Sequence record: LR699048
Strand: one strand, 5' to 3'
From: Escherichia phage VpaE1_ev035
DNA: 64,000 nucleotides
Below are positions 62,759-64,000 of the stretch, piece by piece. The notes beneath the pieces were generated by a model, which worked only from the letters and a program-made list of their open reading frames with translations, had not been told where the DNA came from and did no database searches. Positions within the stretch are counted from its first letter, which is position 1, and the number at the start of each line of letters is the position of its first letter. The translations under genes were made by a program, and so were the position numbers.

Positions 62759-62992
62759 TCATAGCAACTCCAGAATATCAATACGTTCACCTTTGAGTAC
62801 TCCAGTACGGTCTTTTGCAATCTTACCTTCAACAATAAGAATGTGTGCAGACCTTAAAGTGTCACTGTTAAAGGCTTTTACGAACTTGCTAGGCATCACT
62901 ACAATACACATCTCCTGAATCAACTCTGGAGTATAGCAATTGTCGTGAAGTTGCTGAATAACGTCTGCAAGTGTCATTTTTGATGTCTCCAA
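62759..62992 (-). CDS. hypothetical small protein, paralog of 63180-63398
   Basis: Shared C-terminal block I(V/A)(E/G)GKIAKD(R/K)TG(V/Y)LKGER(I/V)(D/N)I(L/E)(E/S)LL. Confidence 0.45.
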   Translation of the reverse strand: METSKMTLADVIQQLHDNCYTPELIQEMCIVVMPSKFVKAFNSDTLRSAHILIVEGKIAKDRTGVLKGERIDILELL

Positions 62993-63183
62993 TACTCAAT
63001 ATCAATAAGTTCTTGTGCAATGCTTTTCAGATTGCCTTTCAAGAAAACCTTCTCAGAACCTGAAAGAGATGAATTGTCAATTAACCTGTTCATTCTCTCA
63101 AACAACTTCTGCTTACGATTCTTGATAGTTTCCTTTGAAGCACCTTTCATCATCGCTGCATGGGTTCTTCCACGGTGGCTCAT
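62974..63183 (-). CDS. hypothetical basic small protein
   Basis: ORF track, 69 aa. Confidence 0.4.
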   Translation of the reverse strand: MSHRGRTHAAMMKGASKETIKNRKQKLFERMNRLIDNSSLSGSEKVFLKGNLKSIAQELIDIEYWRHQK

Positions 63184-63398
63184 AGTAAACTCTCAATATT
63201 TACACGCTCACCTTTCAAGTATCCTGTCTTATCTTTTGCGATTTTGCCTCCAGCGATAAAGATATCTACTCTACGTAGAACTTCAGGGTTTACCTTCAAA
63301 TTCCTACAGCTACTGCAAAGAACAATAAACAGCCCTTCAATCTCTTTTTGAGAGTAACCAGCACATTGCAACTGGACTTCAATTTCTGAAAGTGTCAT
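63180..63398 (-). CDS. hypothetical small protein, paralog of 62759-62992
   Basis: Shared C-terminal block (see 62759-62992). Confidence 0.45.
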   Translation of the reverse strand: MTLSEIEVQLQCAGYSQKEIEGLFIVLCSSCRNLKVNPEVLRRVDIFIAGGKIAKDKTGYLKGERVNIESLL

Positions 63399-63459
63399 GT
63401 GACCTCCTATACAAGATACAGTATAAGGTACTCTTCCATGAGCACCTTGTCAATACTAA

Positions 63460-63921
63460 TTAGTGTACTTCAAGCCAGCTTTTACCAACCTTACCAGTAC
63501 CTGTAACAAGCGTTTCTTTCTTAAGGCCTAAGTTCTTAGAAGCTTGTCCATAATACCAGTCAGTAACTGCTTTCACTTCTGCCGTCATACTTTCTGGGCA
63601 TTCCCAACTCGTCTCATCGTGATATGCGCAGAGTAAGCGAGCACCAATAGCTGGTTGACGACCATTCAACTTCATCAAACCTTCGTCAATCATACGACGA
63701 CAAGCAAGGTTAATTGCCTCATTTTGAATCTGAGCCTCTGAACCCATCAAAAGATAGTTCAATAATTTGTGTGGAGATTTACACCACAACCAAGCTCCAG
63801 CAACCTTTACAAAGCCCCCTTTAGAAATTGCAGCAGTCTTACCAAACACCTCTTCAAGAGCCTTTTTAGTTGCTTTGTAGTCAGCTTCCAAGTCATCTAG
63901 TAGCTTCTTAATTTTAGGCAA
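63460..63921 (-). CDS. hypothetical protein (start uncertain; may extend toward window edge)
   Basis: ORF track, 153 aa; apparent TTG start. Confidence 0.4.
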   Translation of the reverse strand: MPKIKKLLDDLEADYKATKKALEEVFGKTAAISKGGFVKVAGAWLWCKSPHKLLNYLLMGSEAQIQNEAINLACRRMIDEGLMKLNGRQPAIGARLLCAYHDETSWECPESMTAEVKAVTDWYYGQASKNLGLKKETLVTGTGKVGKSWLEVH

Positions 63922-64000
63922 ACGGATAAAGTAAGTCTGTTTAGTCAGCGCACCTTCCTGAGTAGTCGCAGCTTTAATCGTCTTAGCAAACTTCTCATCA

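Overview
This 64-kb window looks like part of an AT-rich virulent tailed dsDNA phage genome with a myovirus-type morphogenesis module; no integrase, transposase, CRISPR array or rRNA was seen. All calls come from manual reading of the sequence and ORF track, with no database search or RNA-folding software, so coordinates of RNA features are approximate (a few nt) and protein functions are motif-level inferences.

Layout, left to right:
- 8-7937 (+): rIIA-like GHKL ATPase, possible rIIB, a secreted SLT lytic transglycosylase, an overlapping membrane-protein/lipoprotein pair, and a macro-domain protein.
- 8.36-14.74 kb (+): 15 small ORFs, each preceded by one of two conserved ~65-105 bp leader cassettes.
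- 14.75-16.28 kb: a gene-free convergent region containing a helically phased array of TGTTA(A/G) repeats.
- 16.3-23.8 kb (-): a block of unknown ORFs ending with a GH24 lysozyme and an Ig-like-domain protein.
- 24.2-26.1 kb (+): a vWA-domain protein.
- 26.2-31.4 kb (+): about 27 tRNA genes whose anticodons cover all 20 amino acids, interspersed with conserved structured spacer elements.
- 31.9-54.7 kb (+): terminase large subunit, portal, S49 prohead protease, major capsid, sheath, tube, tape measure, baseplate and two His-rich tail fibers.
- 55.4-63.9 kb (-): thymidylate synthase, dihydrofolate reductase, an HTH regulator and an ATP-dependent DNA ligase.

The most interesting candidate is in the tRNA array: four copies of a bipartite spacer element that fold into the same bulged helix with compensatory base changes. 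One copy encloses a circularly permuted tRNA-like module, and the whole set lies just downstream of the vWA-domain gene. I read this as a possible Ro60/Y-RNA-like (YrlA-like) system, but that is a hypothesis, not a demonstrated identity. Other notable items are the small-ORF cassette array, the phased iteron region, and long strand-asymmetric direct repeats flanking a two-gene module at 59.4-60.5 kb.
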